From: Malacoraja senta
Taxonomy: Eukaryota
NCBI GenBank assembly: GCA_038087875.1
Contig: CM075988.1
Coordinates: 19,408,001-19,472,000 of the forward strand
Reading direction: 5' to 3'
DNA: 64,000 nucleotides
This document shows, piece after piece, positions 25,277 to 37,925 of this stretch; positions within the stretch are counted from its first letter, which is position 1, and the number at the start of each line of letters is the position of its first letter. The notes beneath the pieces were generated by a model. That model had not been told where the DNA came from, made no database searches, and saw only the letters and a program-made list of their open reading frames with translations. Made by a program: the position numbers and the translations under genes.

Positions 25277-25892
25277 GTTGGATGATCAGCCATGATCATA
25301 TTGAATGGCGGTGCAGGCTCGAAGGGCCGAATGGCCTACTCCTGCACCTATTTTCTATGTTTCTATGTTTCTAGTCCCATCTGCCTGCATTCAACCAATA
25401 TCCCTTTAACTATTTCCTATGCAGATACCTGCCTAACTGGCTCTTAAATGTTAATATTATACCTGCCTCAGCTTCATCTAAGAGCTCGTTCCCAATGCCC
25501 ACTATCCTGTTTGAAAAAATGCCCCTCAGGCTCCTATTGAATCATTCCCCTCTCACCATAAACCTATGCCCTTGATTCCCCAACCCCAGGATAAAGACTC
25601 TGTGCATGCACCACATCTATTCCCTCATGATTTCATAAACCTAAAATCTCCCCTCAGCCTCATGTTCTTCCAGGAATAAAGTCCTAGCCTGCCCAACCTC
25701 TCCCTGTAGCTCAGGCCCTCAAGTCCTGGCCACATCCTTGTAAATCCTCTCTTTCCTCAGCCCATTTTACATTGATCTTCACTGCAAGCCCGAAAGCTTC
25801 CACTGTGCACACACCATTCCCTGGATGGAAACCTGTTCCTTGCCCACACCCTCACTGAGTGAAAATCGTGCATCTATACACTGTAAATCAAG

Positions 25893-26799
25893 TATCTATC
25901 ATTGGCAGACACTCGAAATGAGTATGACTGTCCTCTCATGGAGGACGCCTGTGCGTGACTTTGTTTAACGTGGGGAGACTGGTGCACAGATGAAAGAGTT
26001 AGTTATTAATTGATTGTTGTCATATTTAAGCCTTCCTGTTGTAAAAGGCCAATTGTAATGCATGATGGGATGTGGACAACTCCTATCATGCCAGGTTTTT
26101 TTCTTTTAAGTTGAAAAGTTCACAGCTCTCTTGCAAGTTTTTTTAGGTAAGTTGAAGAGGTTAATCAGATAAGAAGGGGCCCAGAGGATGCCATTTGGGA
26201 TGACTGGCTTTTGGCAAAGAGTGAAAAACAACTCCATATTTGGAGGTGGATGATGGTTTTTGTACATTACATCATGCAATTGGTTTTATATCTGTACGTA
26301 TATAAACTCTGGAGATTCTGTACGTATATTTTATATCTGTACGTATATAAACTGCTGGAGATTCAGACGTGAAACTGTTGCCTCTAGGTCTCTAGGTCTG
26401 CACCCGTCAGACGTTAAATTAAAGCTTTGTATGGTCTTAAGAATTTGTACTTTGTCTATCATTCTAAGTGAACTTTTTCACAGACAGCCACCCCTTCTGT
26501 CCTTGACAGATCTGGGTCAGGATCCAGTGGCATGGAGTCCAAGGCAACCAGAGACCCTTTTCTGCTGCAGCCTTCATCGGCCTTCCCAGCCGTTGTGACA
26601 CTCCACTAAAGTCAGCCATCATCCTCTGCCTGTTCCACCGTTGAGGTCTTGGTTGGATTGCTCTTTCTCAGAGACCTCCCCCTCGACCTTACCACCATGG
26701 ATGGCCCGACCAGGAGCAAAGCTCCAGACGGCATCGCTCTCAGGATCTCAGGACCACACAAGCTTCTCCACCACGACAAGGTGACAATCCACGTGGGAG
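25893..26799 (-). mobile_element. Bipartite non-autonomous RTE-derived element (5' UTR plus 3' end), interrupted by a solo LTR; copy 2 at 61969..62875
   Basis: The minus strand starts ...caccttgtcgtggtggagaagcttgtgtggtcctgagatcctgagagcgatgcc (RTE/Expander-like 5' end) and ends ...tttcgagtgtctgccaatgata. Possible TSD aaatc(a/g)ag at 25885..25892 and 26800..26807. Confidence 0.6.
25991..26480 (+). mobile_element. Solo LTR (490 bp), retrovirus-like, 4-bp TSD
   Basis: TG...CA ends; terminal inverted repeat tgaaagagtt / aactttttca (9 of 10 match); TSD caga at 25987..25990 and 26481..26484; tatataaa boxes followed by attaaa. Confidence 0.82.
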
Positions 26800-28199
26800 A
26801 AATCGAGGCTCGATTGTAATCATGTATTGTCTTTCCGCCGACCTGGTTAGCACGCAACAGAAGCCTTTCACTGTACCTCGATGTGTTAGGAGACGGCACA
26901 TGAGTGAGTTTCTCCACTTGAACACACATTTTGGCACAGTCAGGAGGAGAGCAGTTATTGATCTGCAGCCGAAGAAGCAATCAATCCTCATTCGATTGAA
27001 TTATACCCAACGCCCACCAACAACGTTATAAAAACCAAGAACAACGAGATGAGCCGTGCAAACAAACGGCATGGGAATATGGAGCCTGGCACCAGCCATC
27101 CATTACTGCAAACTAATTGTTGCATAATATGATTACATTCACAAGAAGTCAGGACTGCCACTTTATCCGCGGTTTAACAGTCCTTTATACGGAACTATAA
27201 TGGAGTGGTTAAGGTTACTGTAATCAGTTAATGCACTTAGCTGTCATAAACTGCCACAACATATTGCTAACAGCATTCATTTTGTATAAGCCAAGTGAGC
27301 ACACACTGCTTACAATGGTTGCTGTTAACTGATTCAAGGTTTGCTGGAGGTTCAAAGCGGTGTTTGTTGAAATGTTACTCATCATTCATTGAAAAAAAAA
27401 ACAGACGCTTTAATTACTCCTTGGATTCAGACTAATAGAATTTCCATGGCTGTTGTACAAGTCTAATTTGTGTTGCAACCAATTATCTAATTACGCTGCT
27501 TGCAAATAGAATGGTTGCTCTGAGACAAAAGGAACTGCAGGCACTGGAGTCTAAAGAAAAATACAAAGTGCTGGAGGAACTCAGCACGTCAGGCAGCATC
27601 TATGGAGAGAATGGACAGACAATGTTTCAGGTCGGGACCCTTCATCGGACACAAAATTTTGCTAGTTTTAACAATAAGCACATTTAAAAGATTTTCGGAC
27701 AGGTACATGGACAGAAAGGTTTTAAAGGAAAGGGGGGCAAATTATTATTTATACAGTATATTATATATTATATAAATTATCATTTATTATTGTCACGTGT
27801 ACCGACATACAGTGAAAACCTTTTTTTTGTTGCGTGCTATCCAGTCAGCGAAAAGACTATAGTTCATTAAAATCACGCCATCCACAGTGTACAGATACAG
27901 GATGAAGGGAATGATTAGTGCAAGATAAAGTCCAGTAAGGTCCGATTGAGGATAGTCCAAAGGACTGTAACGAGGTAGAGGGTAGGTCAGGAGAGCGGCA
28001 AATGAGACTAGTTTAGATGGTGCATCTGGGTCTGCATGGATGAGTTGGACTGAAGGGCCTGTTTCCATGCTGTCTGGCACCATGCATGGCAAGACAAATT
28101 TCACTACACCAATTGGTGTATGTGATAATAAATGTCCTTTGTCCTTTGTCCTTTGTCTCATCACTCTAGTTTCAGCGTGAAAGTCTCCCGTCAACCATC

Positions 28200-29450
28200 A
28201 GTATTTCAAACGAGCTCTTGGATCTGCCCGTCTGTAGTAGACCCAACACTACTGGTAGAGCAGTGAGCACTAACGTGGCAAGGAAGGATGCTAGTTGGGC
28301 AGGTGGGGAGGCTCCAGGTGTGGTTGAACCAGCGGATATCTCAGATCCCTTCCACAGCATACCTGCAGCTCACGTCCAGTATCTTGAGAACAAGCTTGAG
28401 GAGCCTTGAGCAGTGCCGCTGTTTCAAAGGGAGATCGGCAACTGTTGGGTTCTTTGTTTCACTGAGAGACAGCTCACACCTGACTCACCGGCACGGAGGC
28501 ACGCTGGTAGAGTTGCTGCTTAACAGCATCAGAGACCCGAGTTCGATCCTGACTGCGGGTGCTGTCTGCACGGAGTTTGTACGTTCTCACCGTGACCTGC
28601 GTGGGTTTTCTCCAGGTGCTCCGGTTTCCTCCCACACTCCTGAAGACGTACAGGCTTGTACGCTAATTGACTTGGTAAAATTGTAAATTGTCCCTAGTGT
28701 GCGCAGGATAGTGTTAGTGTGTGGGGATCACTGGTCGACACAAACTCATTGGGCTGCAGAGCCTGTTTCCACGAGGTATCTCCAAACATAACTAAAAACG
28801 GAACTGCTCCTGCTATACAACCTGTGGGCTTCTTCACTTATCCATGGACCCTACAGAATCAACAACAATGATAAGATGAAATAGTGGAGAGAAATTAAGA
28901 ACCTTATGTCAGGGAGCTGGTTCAATGATTCATAATTATCATATGTACCGAGGTACAGTGAAATTCTTTTTTTTGCATACAGATTAAGTACAAAGTATAT
29001 AGAAATAGTCAGGTGAGACTATTCTCAGGTTTTTCCGCCACTTTGGGTTGGTTTAGTTTGGAGTTACAACATCAAAATTGCATCAGCAAAGTTTTCTTTC
29101 TTGAGCAGTGAAGAATATTCGGCGTGTACACAAGGATTCTCTCAAATATCTACAGACGTGCTGCAGGAGGTATTCTGATGGGACATATCTCAGTCAGGTA
29201 TGGAAACCGCTCTGCTCTAGACCACCTGAACCTGCAGAGAGTGGTGAACACAGCCCAGTCCATCACAGGCTCCTCACCTCCTTCCATCAGTCCATCTTCA
29301 CGGAGCATTGCATCAGGAATCATACAAGTATCTTCAAGGGTGCCCGTCACCCTGGATATTCCCTTTTCACTCTTCTACACTCAGGGAGAAGGTACAGGAG
29401 CTTGGAAGCTCAGATGTCTAGACTTAAGGACAGCTTTTCATCTCCCAAAC
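28200..29450 (+). mobile_element. Fragmented old Rex1/Babar LINE with a nested SINE
   Basis: APE N-terminus-like AHVQYLENKLE near 28370-28400. C-terminal ILSNIYRRAAGGILMGHISVRYGN..LQRVVNTAQSITG and HPGYSLFTLLHSGRRYRSL. Confidence 0.65.
28488..28797 (+). mobile_element. tRNA-derived V-SINE (HE1-like)
   Basis: ggtagagttgctgc...gagttcgatcctgac head, V-domain-like core and gcctgtttcc tail. Confidence 0.85.
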
Positions 29451-29879
29451 CAGTCTCCTCTGTGCACAATCTTCCCGGAGATGCAGTCACGCAGTCGTAC
29501 TCTTAACTCAACTTTGTTCAGTTCCTGTAGCTTAAATTTTTTTGCACTATGGAAAAATAGTTGTGCAACAATCACGCACCATTCTGCTGTTTTGCACTAA
29601 TTGCGGTGTTCATTGTTGTATTTACCATTATCATATGTATACTGTTTACTCTGTGAGCTTCATGTGAACAGGGAATTGATTGCATCCTGATGAACGCGAC
29701 CATCGACCAATGAATAGGTAATGGTTCCAAGCCAAACTCACTCCTGCAATAACAAGGAACTTCAGGTGCTGCCTTATACCAAAGATAGACACAAATTTTG
29801 GAGTAACTCAGTGGACTAGGCAGCATCACCGGAAAACGTGGATAGATGACGATATATCACCGATCCATGTTCTCCAAGG

Positions 29880-30855
<976 letters not shown>

Positions 30856-31623
30856 CTCCAAGGATGTCATCTGACCCGCAGAGTCATTCCAAACCCCAAA
30901 CATCCATTCCATCTTTCTAGCTGCACATAAGCCAATATATTGCAACTTGTAGGCAATTGTTAACATTTTTGTGAGAAACTATTGATACTTGTCCAATAAT
31001 TGCCGCTAATTGGCATTTGTTAAATATCTTTAATTGTTTTTTGAGTGTTTCGGTATTTTAAGTTTTCTTATTATTTCTTTAGGTGTTTAATATATGTTTA
31101 ATATAATTTCATTGATTTTTAATAGACACCCAACCATTTTCAAAGACAGCTGTCAAAGCCTGCAGGTGTGAATTAACTGGCTATTTAAGGCTCTCCTGTA
31201 GCTGCCTCACCTTGAATACCATTATTAATCAGATGATCAATTAGCTTTTTCCTTAAATAGAAAATTATATAATTGGCATGTTATTAATTGCTTTTGCTGG
31301 CAGTCAATTCCTTATATGCTTCCATCCATGGGGAGAAGTGGTGTTAATTTGCAGATTTTACTGAAGGCTTGTTAATTTTATGCTTACTTCATTTGGTTTT
31401 GGGGGTCAAGATGGGAGTTAAATACTGTGGATTATTTATGATCTATTTTGCCTCCCTTAGGCTTTGGCAGAGATTTTACATGACACAGTTCCATTATTCC
31501 AGGTTTAAGAATTATACGCCACATCTTCCAGAAGAGAGTGCAAAAGCCAGCATGGACCAGAAACCATGATCATCAGGCTGAAACAACGAGGTTATTCCAA
31601 CCGCCACTCGTGAAACCAGGAAA

Positions 31624-31911
31624 CAGCGGTAGAGTTGCAGCCCTACAGTGCCAGGGACCAAGGTTCGATCCTAACTACGGGTGCTGAATATACAGAATTT
31701 GTGCCCATTGTCCCCATAACCGCGTGGGTTTTCTCCAGGTGCTCCGGTTTCCTCATACACACTAAAGACGTACAGGTTTGTAGGCAAATTGTCTTCGGTA
31801 AAATTGTAAATTGTCCCTAGTGTTAGTGTACAGGGAGAGCGCTGGTCGGCGCGGACCCGGTGGGCCAAATGACTTGTTTCCGCGCTGTATCTCTAAAGTC
31901 TGAAGTCTGAA
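31624..31911 (+). mobile_element. tRNA-derived V-SINE (HE1-like)
   Basis: cagcggtagagttgc...ggttcgatcctaactacgggtgctg head and gtttccgcgctgtatctctaaag tail. Confidence 0.82.
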
Positions 31912-32709
31912 GACAACTCATAAACAGGGACAACTCATGAACTGGGACAACTCATAGATTAAGGCAAGTCATGAAGCAGAGGAACGATAATAACTTTAAA
32001 ATATATTAACTTAAAAAATATAGGTACCTGGGTAGGAAAGGTTTAGAGGGGTATGGGACAAACGAGGGCAAATGGGACTAGCTTAGATGGGGCTTCCTGG
32101 TCGGCATGGACAAGTGGGCTGATGGGAGTGTATCTCTGCTGTAGGACTTAAATGTCTTCCGAAGTGACCACTCAGCCACTCAGTTCATTGATGCACAATA
32201 ACACTGCCCTCAACAGTGATGCCCAGACCCTGGTAAAACAATTAAAGATTCTACTCGCACACAGAGTTCTACACATGTGGCTAAGCACTCCAACACACAC
32301 ATTAATTTGATGCACCGGACTGCAGTACCATCAACAAAATCACTGCAGTTACTACCCAAGTACTCCCAAACAGTGACCTATCACCAGTCAGTAGGGAAGC
32401 ACAGGCTGATTGGGGAACACGACGGCTTGTTAGTACCCCTCCATCCCATTTTTGATATATATATATCATTGGTCACAGAGAGTCATATAGAGTCATCCAG
32501 CATGGAAACAGGCCCTTTGGCACGTTGCCCATGCTGACCAACATGCCCTATGTGGTCCTTCAATGTGGTTGGGGTTGGACCCGAGAGTCCCAAACCCCAC
32601 AGCTGCACCTTGACCAGCAGGGCAGCAGTGGTTAAGAGTGGGGAACAGTTAGGGTGAGGAGGTGGGGTGGCCTTATCGGTGATGCTCAATCTCACAAAGG
32701 ATTAAAGAG

Positions 32710-32808
32710 AAGATAGACACAAAATGCTAGAGTAACTCAGCGGGCCAGGCAGCATATCTGGAGAAAAGGAATAGGTGACGTTTCGGGTCAGGACCCTTCT
32801 TCAGACAC
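32710..32808 (-). mobile_element. Approximately 99-bp single-arm PLE-terminus insertion with 12-bp TSD
   Basis: TSD aggattaaagag at 32698..32709 and 32809..32820. The body matches the PLE 3' terminus. Confidence 0.85.
32775..32806 (-). ncRNA. Minimal hammerhead ribozyme-like motif (best-conserved copy in the window)
   Basis: Minus strand GU-CUGAAGA-A-GGGUC(CU)GACCC-GAAA-C-GUC-AC, with a canonical GUC triplet. Confidence 0.65.
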
Positions 32809-33246
32809 AGGATTAAAGAGGATTGTGATGGATGGCACGGAAGCTTCAGAGATAGTTTATTTCTTGGTTACAAAACCTTCAAAGCGGCTGTTTTAGCTTA
32901 AAAAATGTACTTAAACAGGAATTCATGCATGCCACTGAATATTCAATAACAAACATGCATTCAGACAGCAACACATTCGTTTTCAACTTGAACTGCTTAA
33001 CCTTGAAGTTGGTAGTGCTACAAACTGTTGCTAGGCAATATTGCCACACATCGCATATGCAAGTAATAATCCATTTGAATATTTCTGCGTCTCTCTCTCT
33101 CTCTCCCATCAGAGGGAAGCCGCTATTGCATCCTCAGTGATGCAGCTTTGCAGAATTTAACCTGGAAGATGTTGCTTCTTAATAGGTGGATGTTGGTTCT
33201 GTTTTGAAATCCTTCCTTTAGATTAACAGTACAACCTGTTCAATTA

Positions 33247-33446
33247 NNNNNNNNNNNNNNNNNNNNNNNNNNNNNNNNNNNNNNNNNNNNNNNNNNNNNN
33301 NNNNNNNNNNNNNNNNNNNNNNNNNNNNNNNNNNNNNNNNNNNNNNNNNNNNNNNNNNNNNNNNNNNNNNNNNNNNNNNNNNNNNNNNNNNNNNNNNNNN
33401 NNNNNNNNNNNNNNNNNNNNNNNNNNNNNNNNNNNNNNNNNNNNNN
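33247..33446. other. Assembly gap (200 N)
   Basis: Run of 200 N between the two duplicate copies. Confidence 0.99.
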
Positions 33447-33699
33447 CATGATGTTCCAGAGTGACTGACTGACGTCTGACATCCGGGGCTTTATACTCCT
33501 GGTCCCCTGGAGTCATGATTTTTTAAACATTCATAATTTTTTTATTTTCAGCGATCGGAAAAATCCTCGGGGCTGCTGCAGCGGAGGAGGACTGTAAGAT
33601 GGCCAAAAATCATAGTGATATAGAGTCATGTTTTTCCTAAAATCAATTAATAACGTAGACAGGAAGTGGTCAAGATGAGACTTTTAGTATATTAATAGA
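33447..33699 (-). mobile_element. Possible non-autonomous Helitron-like 5' end, cut by the gap
   Basis: The minus strand begins A|TCTATTAATATACTAAAAG, a Helitron-type TC start after A. The 3' hairpin and CTRR end are not visible. Confidence 0.35.
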
Positions 33700-34741
33700 T
33701 TTAGTGATTAATGAGGTAATTACATGATAAAATACATTTAAATCACAGTGATTTATCTTTTGATATAAGACCCCTTCATGGTCAACAGGCCAATATTATG
33801 TGATTAACATCACCTTTCATTTTCAGCACAACCGTGGACTACTGCAGATGTTGGAAATCTGAAACAAAATCAGAAACTGCTGGAAATACTCAGTAGGTCA
33901 GGCAGCATCGATGAATCTCGTTTTTTGGGAAATGGCAAAGACTGGACTAAGGTGAGAAGAGGAAAATGTAAAGGAGATGTGTGGGCAAGTTTTATTTACA
34001 CAGTGAGTGATGGGGACCTGGAACATACTACCAGGGTGATGGTGCAGGCAGATATGATAGTGAAGTTTAAGGGCGTTTTAGACAGGTATGGATATGCAGG
34101 GAATTGAGGAATAAGGATCATGTGCTGGCACAAGAGATTAGTTTAACATGGCATCGTGATTGTGAGCTGTAAGGCCTCTTCCAGTGCTGTACTGTTCTAC
34201 GCTCCATGTTTTAATACTTCTTCATGAGATAGAAGAAGGCTATTTGGCCCATCAAGTCCATGCTAGCACGAGTGCCATGGCCTCCCCCTGCGACCTATTG
34301 TCTCTCTCGTGTCCATTAATGGCCCTCCCAGCTGAACCAGGGGTAATACACGGTGGCTAATTTATCACCCTGCTCATCTGGGTGAGGGGTGGGGGAGAAC
34401 AAAGGAGGACCCACTGAGAACTAAGGGGGGACCACAAATGGAATGTGTTAAAAATGGTTTGCGTAAAATTTATTATTTTTGTAACTCTGTTGGCGCCCTT
34501 TATGTGGCGACTCTTTGCATTCCGTAACAAAGAATATCACTGCGACTCGTCACTTGTGACAATAAAGTATCATTCATTCATTCATTCATTCATTTATCCT
34601 TAGGATGTGGGAGGAAACAGGAGCACACAAGGAATGTCAAGGAAGAACATGCAAACTCCAGACAGACAGCACCGGATGTCAGGAGCAAACCCAGGGCACT
34701 GAAGGTTTGGTGACAGCTCAATCCTCGGCTGGTGAGAGAGG

Positions 34742-34815
34742 CAGCCTTGAAATTCATTCTTGGCGAGTCGAGGCAAACAGCCTTGAAATTCATTCTTGGC
34801 GAGTCGAGGCAAACA
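34742..34815 (+). repeat. Perfect 36-bp tandem duplication (cagccttgaaattcattcttggcgagtcgaggcaaa)x2
   Basis: Direct observation. Confidence 0.92.
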
Positions 34816-34911
34816 TGCTGCCTGGAGGAAGCAGACCAAATCCAATAGAATGAACTTCAGAGGCAGAGTAAGCAGACTGCTGGTCCTGCACAGTGTATTA
34901 GTGCTACCAAT

Positions 34912-35968
34912 TCTTCTTCTTTTCGTGTCTTTGAAGCTGGTTGGCTATATGACAGTTTCCCATTCCTTTACACAGTCCTTTGCGTTTTTATTGAACACTG
35001 CAAGATCCTTTGAGCTGCACTGGTTGGGTAGTAGGGGGCAGACAAGGCAGTGCTGCATTGTGTGGTCCTCTTCTCCACATTCACAGGTGGTTTGGCCAGT
35101 TTCATAGCCCCATCTGGCCATGGCATCTTTTGATCGCCCTGTTCCTGTTCTCAGGCAGTTGAGCGTCTTCCACTGGACCCATGGTGCTTCTGAGCCCGGA
35201 GGGAGGGCTTCAGAAGGAGGGATACCCATGTCAGTAGGAGGGCGGTCGTCCTGAAGCCTTTTTGTCCATAGTTGGAGTCTGGTTTCTTCCCGTGATGCTA
35301 TTAGGGGCTGGACATGGCTGAGAAAGCTTCTCCTGGACTTCAGCCGTTGGGCCGGGGGTACACGTCCGTAGAGGAGGTGGCGTTCATCATTGGTGGCCTT
35401 GGTCATCTCTACTCGGCTGGCGACTTTCCGTCTCACATCAGCAGGGGCAATGCCAGCGAGGAGGTGCAGGTTGTTTATGTTGGTGGGCTTCAAGCAACCA
35501 GTGATTGAGCGGCAGGTGTTATTCAACGCTGGGTCTAGTTTCTTGGCATGGGATGATCTCTCCCAAACAGGACACGCATACTCCGCAGAGGAGTAGCACA
35601 GGGCCAGAGCAGTAGATCTTAATGTGTGAGCTGTGGCTCCCCATTTGGAGTTGGTCAGCTTCTGGAGAATGTTATTCCGGGAGTTTACTTTCAGTTTGGT
35701 GTTTTTGACGTGTTCCTTATAGGAGAGAGTGCGATCCAGTGTTACACCGAGGTAGACAGGGTTGGTGCAGTGCTCAAGTGGTGTTCCAGACCATGTGATG
35801 TTAAGGGGTCTGTTTGCTTCCCGGTTCCTGAGATGGAACGAGCAGGCTTGGGTCTTCGCAGGGTTTGCGTGTAGGTGGTTGCGCTCGTAGTAGAGGTGTA
35901 GCTCATCTAGGGCTGAGGTGAGATTCGCTTCTACAGCTTCAAACGTACTCTCTTGGGATGTTACACAG
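34912..35968 (-). mobile_element. 5'-truncated Ingi/Vingi-type non-LTR retrotransposon, 12-bp TSD
   Basis: TSD agtgctaccaat at 34900..34911 and 35969..35980; (AAG)n tail; very short 3' UTR. Confidence 0.85.
34945..35968 (-). pseudogene. Uninterrupted C-terminal ORF of the Vingi-like element (RT C-terminus plus CCHC finger, no recognisable RNase H)
   Basis: ANPAKTQ, YLGVTLDRTLSY, KWGATAHTLRSTALALCYSSAEYACPVW, ITGCLKPT, LRTGTGR, CECGEEDHTMQHCLVCP. Confidence 0.82.
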
Positions 35969-36039
35969 AGTGCTACCAATGACAGATGAAGATCTATCCA
36001 ACAAAGTTAATGCTTCAGGAGAGTTTCATAGAATGTTTC

Positions 36040-36580
36040 ATAGAGTCATAGAGCATGGAAGTAGGCCCTTCAGCCCATCTTGACCATGCCAACCAAAATG
36101 CTTCAACATAGCTGGTACCATATCCTGCATTTGGCCCATATTTCTCAATCTTTTCTATCCATGTACCTACCCAAATATATTTTAAATATCATTATTGTAC
36201 ATGCATGAACTACTTCCTCTTGCTGCTACTCATTCCATACATCCACCACTCCCTGAGTGAACAGTTGCCACCCCCCAGGTTTTTATTAAATCTTTCCTCT
36301 CTCACCTTAAAATGATGCCTTCTCAGTCTTGATTCCACTGCACTGGGAAAAAAGATAATTCTGAGCATTTACCCGATCTATTCCCCTCGTGATTTTAGAC
36401 ACCTCTCCCAGATCACGCCTCATCCTCCTGCACTACAAGGAATGAGGTCCAAGCCTGCCCAACCTCTCCCTGCAGCTCAGGCTCTCGAGTCCTGGCAACA
36501 TCCTTGTAAATCTTCTCTGCACCCTTTCCAAATTAATGGTATCTTTCATATAGCAGGGTGACCAAAACTGAACACAATAC
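36040..36580 (-). mobile_element. CR1 3' fragment
   Basis: Antisense CR1 3' UTR (catagagtcatagagcatggaa...) and ORF2 end. Confidence 0.8.
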
Positions 36581-36609
36581 TCTAATTTGATCAAATGGAA
36601 AAAAATATA

Positions 36610-36964
36610 TATATATTTTTTTTAATTTTTATTTATTAGAAGTACATTACATTACAACCACATACATTAGTACTCGTCATTTATATCTTCTTACAATTAA
36701 TGTACTCCATTTATTTTTTACACTAGAAAAGGAAAAGATTGAAAGAAAGAAGAAAGTGAAGGAAAAAGTGAAAGTGTAGGAAATGTGACAACAAAAAGGG
36801 ACGAAGACCCTATAAGAGCAAAATTAAAAACAAAAGAAAAAGAGTTAAGAAATAGACCCTAGGAAAGAAAGAAAGAGAGAAAGAGGAAAAAGAGAGAAAC
36901 AAATATTTTTATGAGCATTACGTAAATGGGACATACCAACTCTTCAACTATCATCCCCCCTTAC
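36610..36964 (-). mobile_element. Poly(A)-tailed retroposon 3' UTR (L1/Tx1-like)
   Basis: Flanked by caaatggaaaaa..tata duplicates (about 36592 and 36965). The minus-strand end is cttctaataaa followed by an A-rich tail. Confidence 0.55.
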
Positions 36965-37540
36965 CAAATGGAAAAATATAATCAACATATACTCTATTGA
37001 GTATTATTTCGCATAATTGATACATCATACCTGGAAGCAAATATAGTTCCCGCAGTCAAAGTTCTTCAACAAAAGTAAGAGACAAAATGAATCAAATGCT
37101 GGGAAGAAGGGGAGAATAGTACGGGAAGGTATGTGGAGTGCAAATGAAAAATGTGTTGGTGTGAAGTCGTGTTGGGTTGCCAATTGATTTGAGTAAAAGG
37201 TGACGTGATTGGGGTTTGGATATGAAGGATTAGGAGAACCATTATGTTGTGATCTGGCCTGCTGCAGAGTCCGAGACGAATGACCTGCTGAGATACATTG
37301 TGGTGAAAATTAAGCAGGGGTAAGTGAGAATGGAAAATGAAATAGGAAAGGAACACATGAAGTGAGAGACGGCAATGCTTTGAGGCAATGCTTTCTGTTC
37401 TTCTTCACAAAATGTGAACAATGCCAGTAATGTCAACATTAATTATCCATCCGTAAATACCCTTGAACTGAGAGGGAAGGTAAAATGTCATGTAAAAGCC
37501 AGACCAGGCATGGGAAACAGATCACCCTCGCCGGGCATTA

Positions 37541-37925
37541 GACTACGGTGGTGCTGCGATAGAGTTGCTGCCTTACAGCAGCAGAGACCCGGGTTCGATC
37601 CTGACCTCAGGTGCTCTCTGTACGGAGTTTGTACGTTTTCTCCGGGTGCTCCGTTTTCTTCACGCTTTCCAAAGACGTACAGGTTTGTAGGTTGACACAC
37701 AAAATGCTGGAGTAACTCAGCGGGTGAGGCAGCATCTCTGGAGAGCAGGAATGGGCGACGTTTCGGGTCGAGACCCAAGGTTCCCGACACAAAACGTCTT
37801 CCCATTCCTTCTCTCCAGAGATGCTGCCTCACCCGCTGAGTTACTCCAGCATTTTGTGTCTACCTTCAATTTAAACCAGCATCTGCAGTTCTTTCTTACA
37901 CAGGTTTGTAAGTTAATTGGTTTCC
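37541..37925 (+). mobile_element. V-SINE interrupted by a PLE-derived palindrome
   Basis: tRNA head with gggttcgatcc; the body resumes at 37901. Confidence 0.8.
37694..37900. mobile_element. Palindromic PLE-derived mini-element with 14-bp TSD
   Basis: TSD caggtttgta(g/a)gtt at 37680..37693 and 37901..37914; near-perfect inverted arms. Confidence 0.87.

Larger units (their letters stand above)
21716..25370 (+). mobile_element. Near full-length CR1 LINE, 6-bp TSD, inserted into an antisense CR1 3' fragment
   Basis: TSD ctagtc at 21710..21715 and 25371..25376. ORF1 esterase region, ORF2 APE plus RT, and a (tttctatg)n tail. Confidence 0.95.
1..27923 (+). repeat. Copy 1 of a large near-identical direct duplication (continues beyond the window)
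   Basis: Position 1 (gcatcgcgctgggccagg) recurs at 37966. ORF tracks are collinear with an offset of 37965, which changes to about 36076 after the indels at 15.9-20.2 kb. Position 64000 corresponds to 27923. Confidence 0.98.

Noticed and set aside
31912..31975. Short direct repeats (gacaactcat x3) resembling a CRISPR array
   Set aside because: A 17-bp period minisatellite with no unique spacers, in a eukaryotic context with no cas genes.
33240..33516. ORFs containing X runs
   Set aside because: Artefacts of the N gap.
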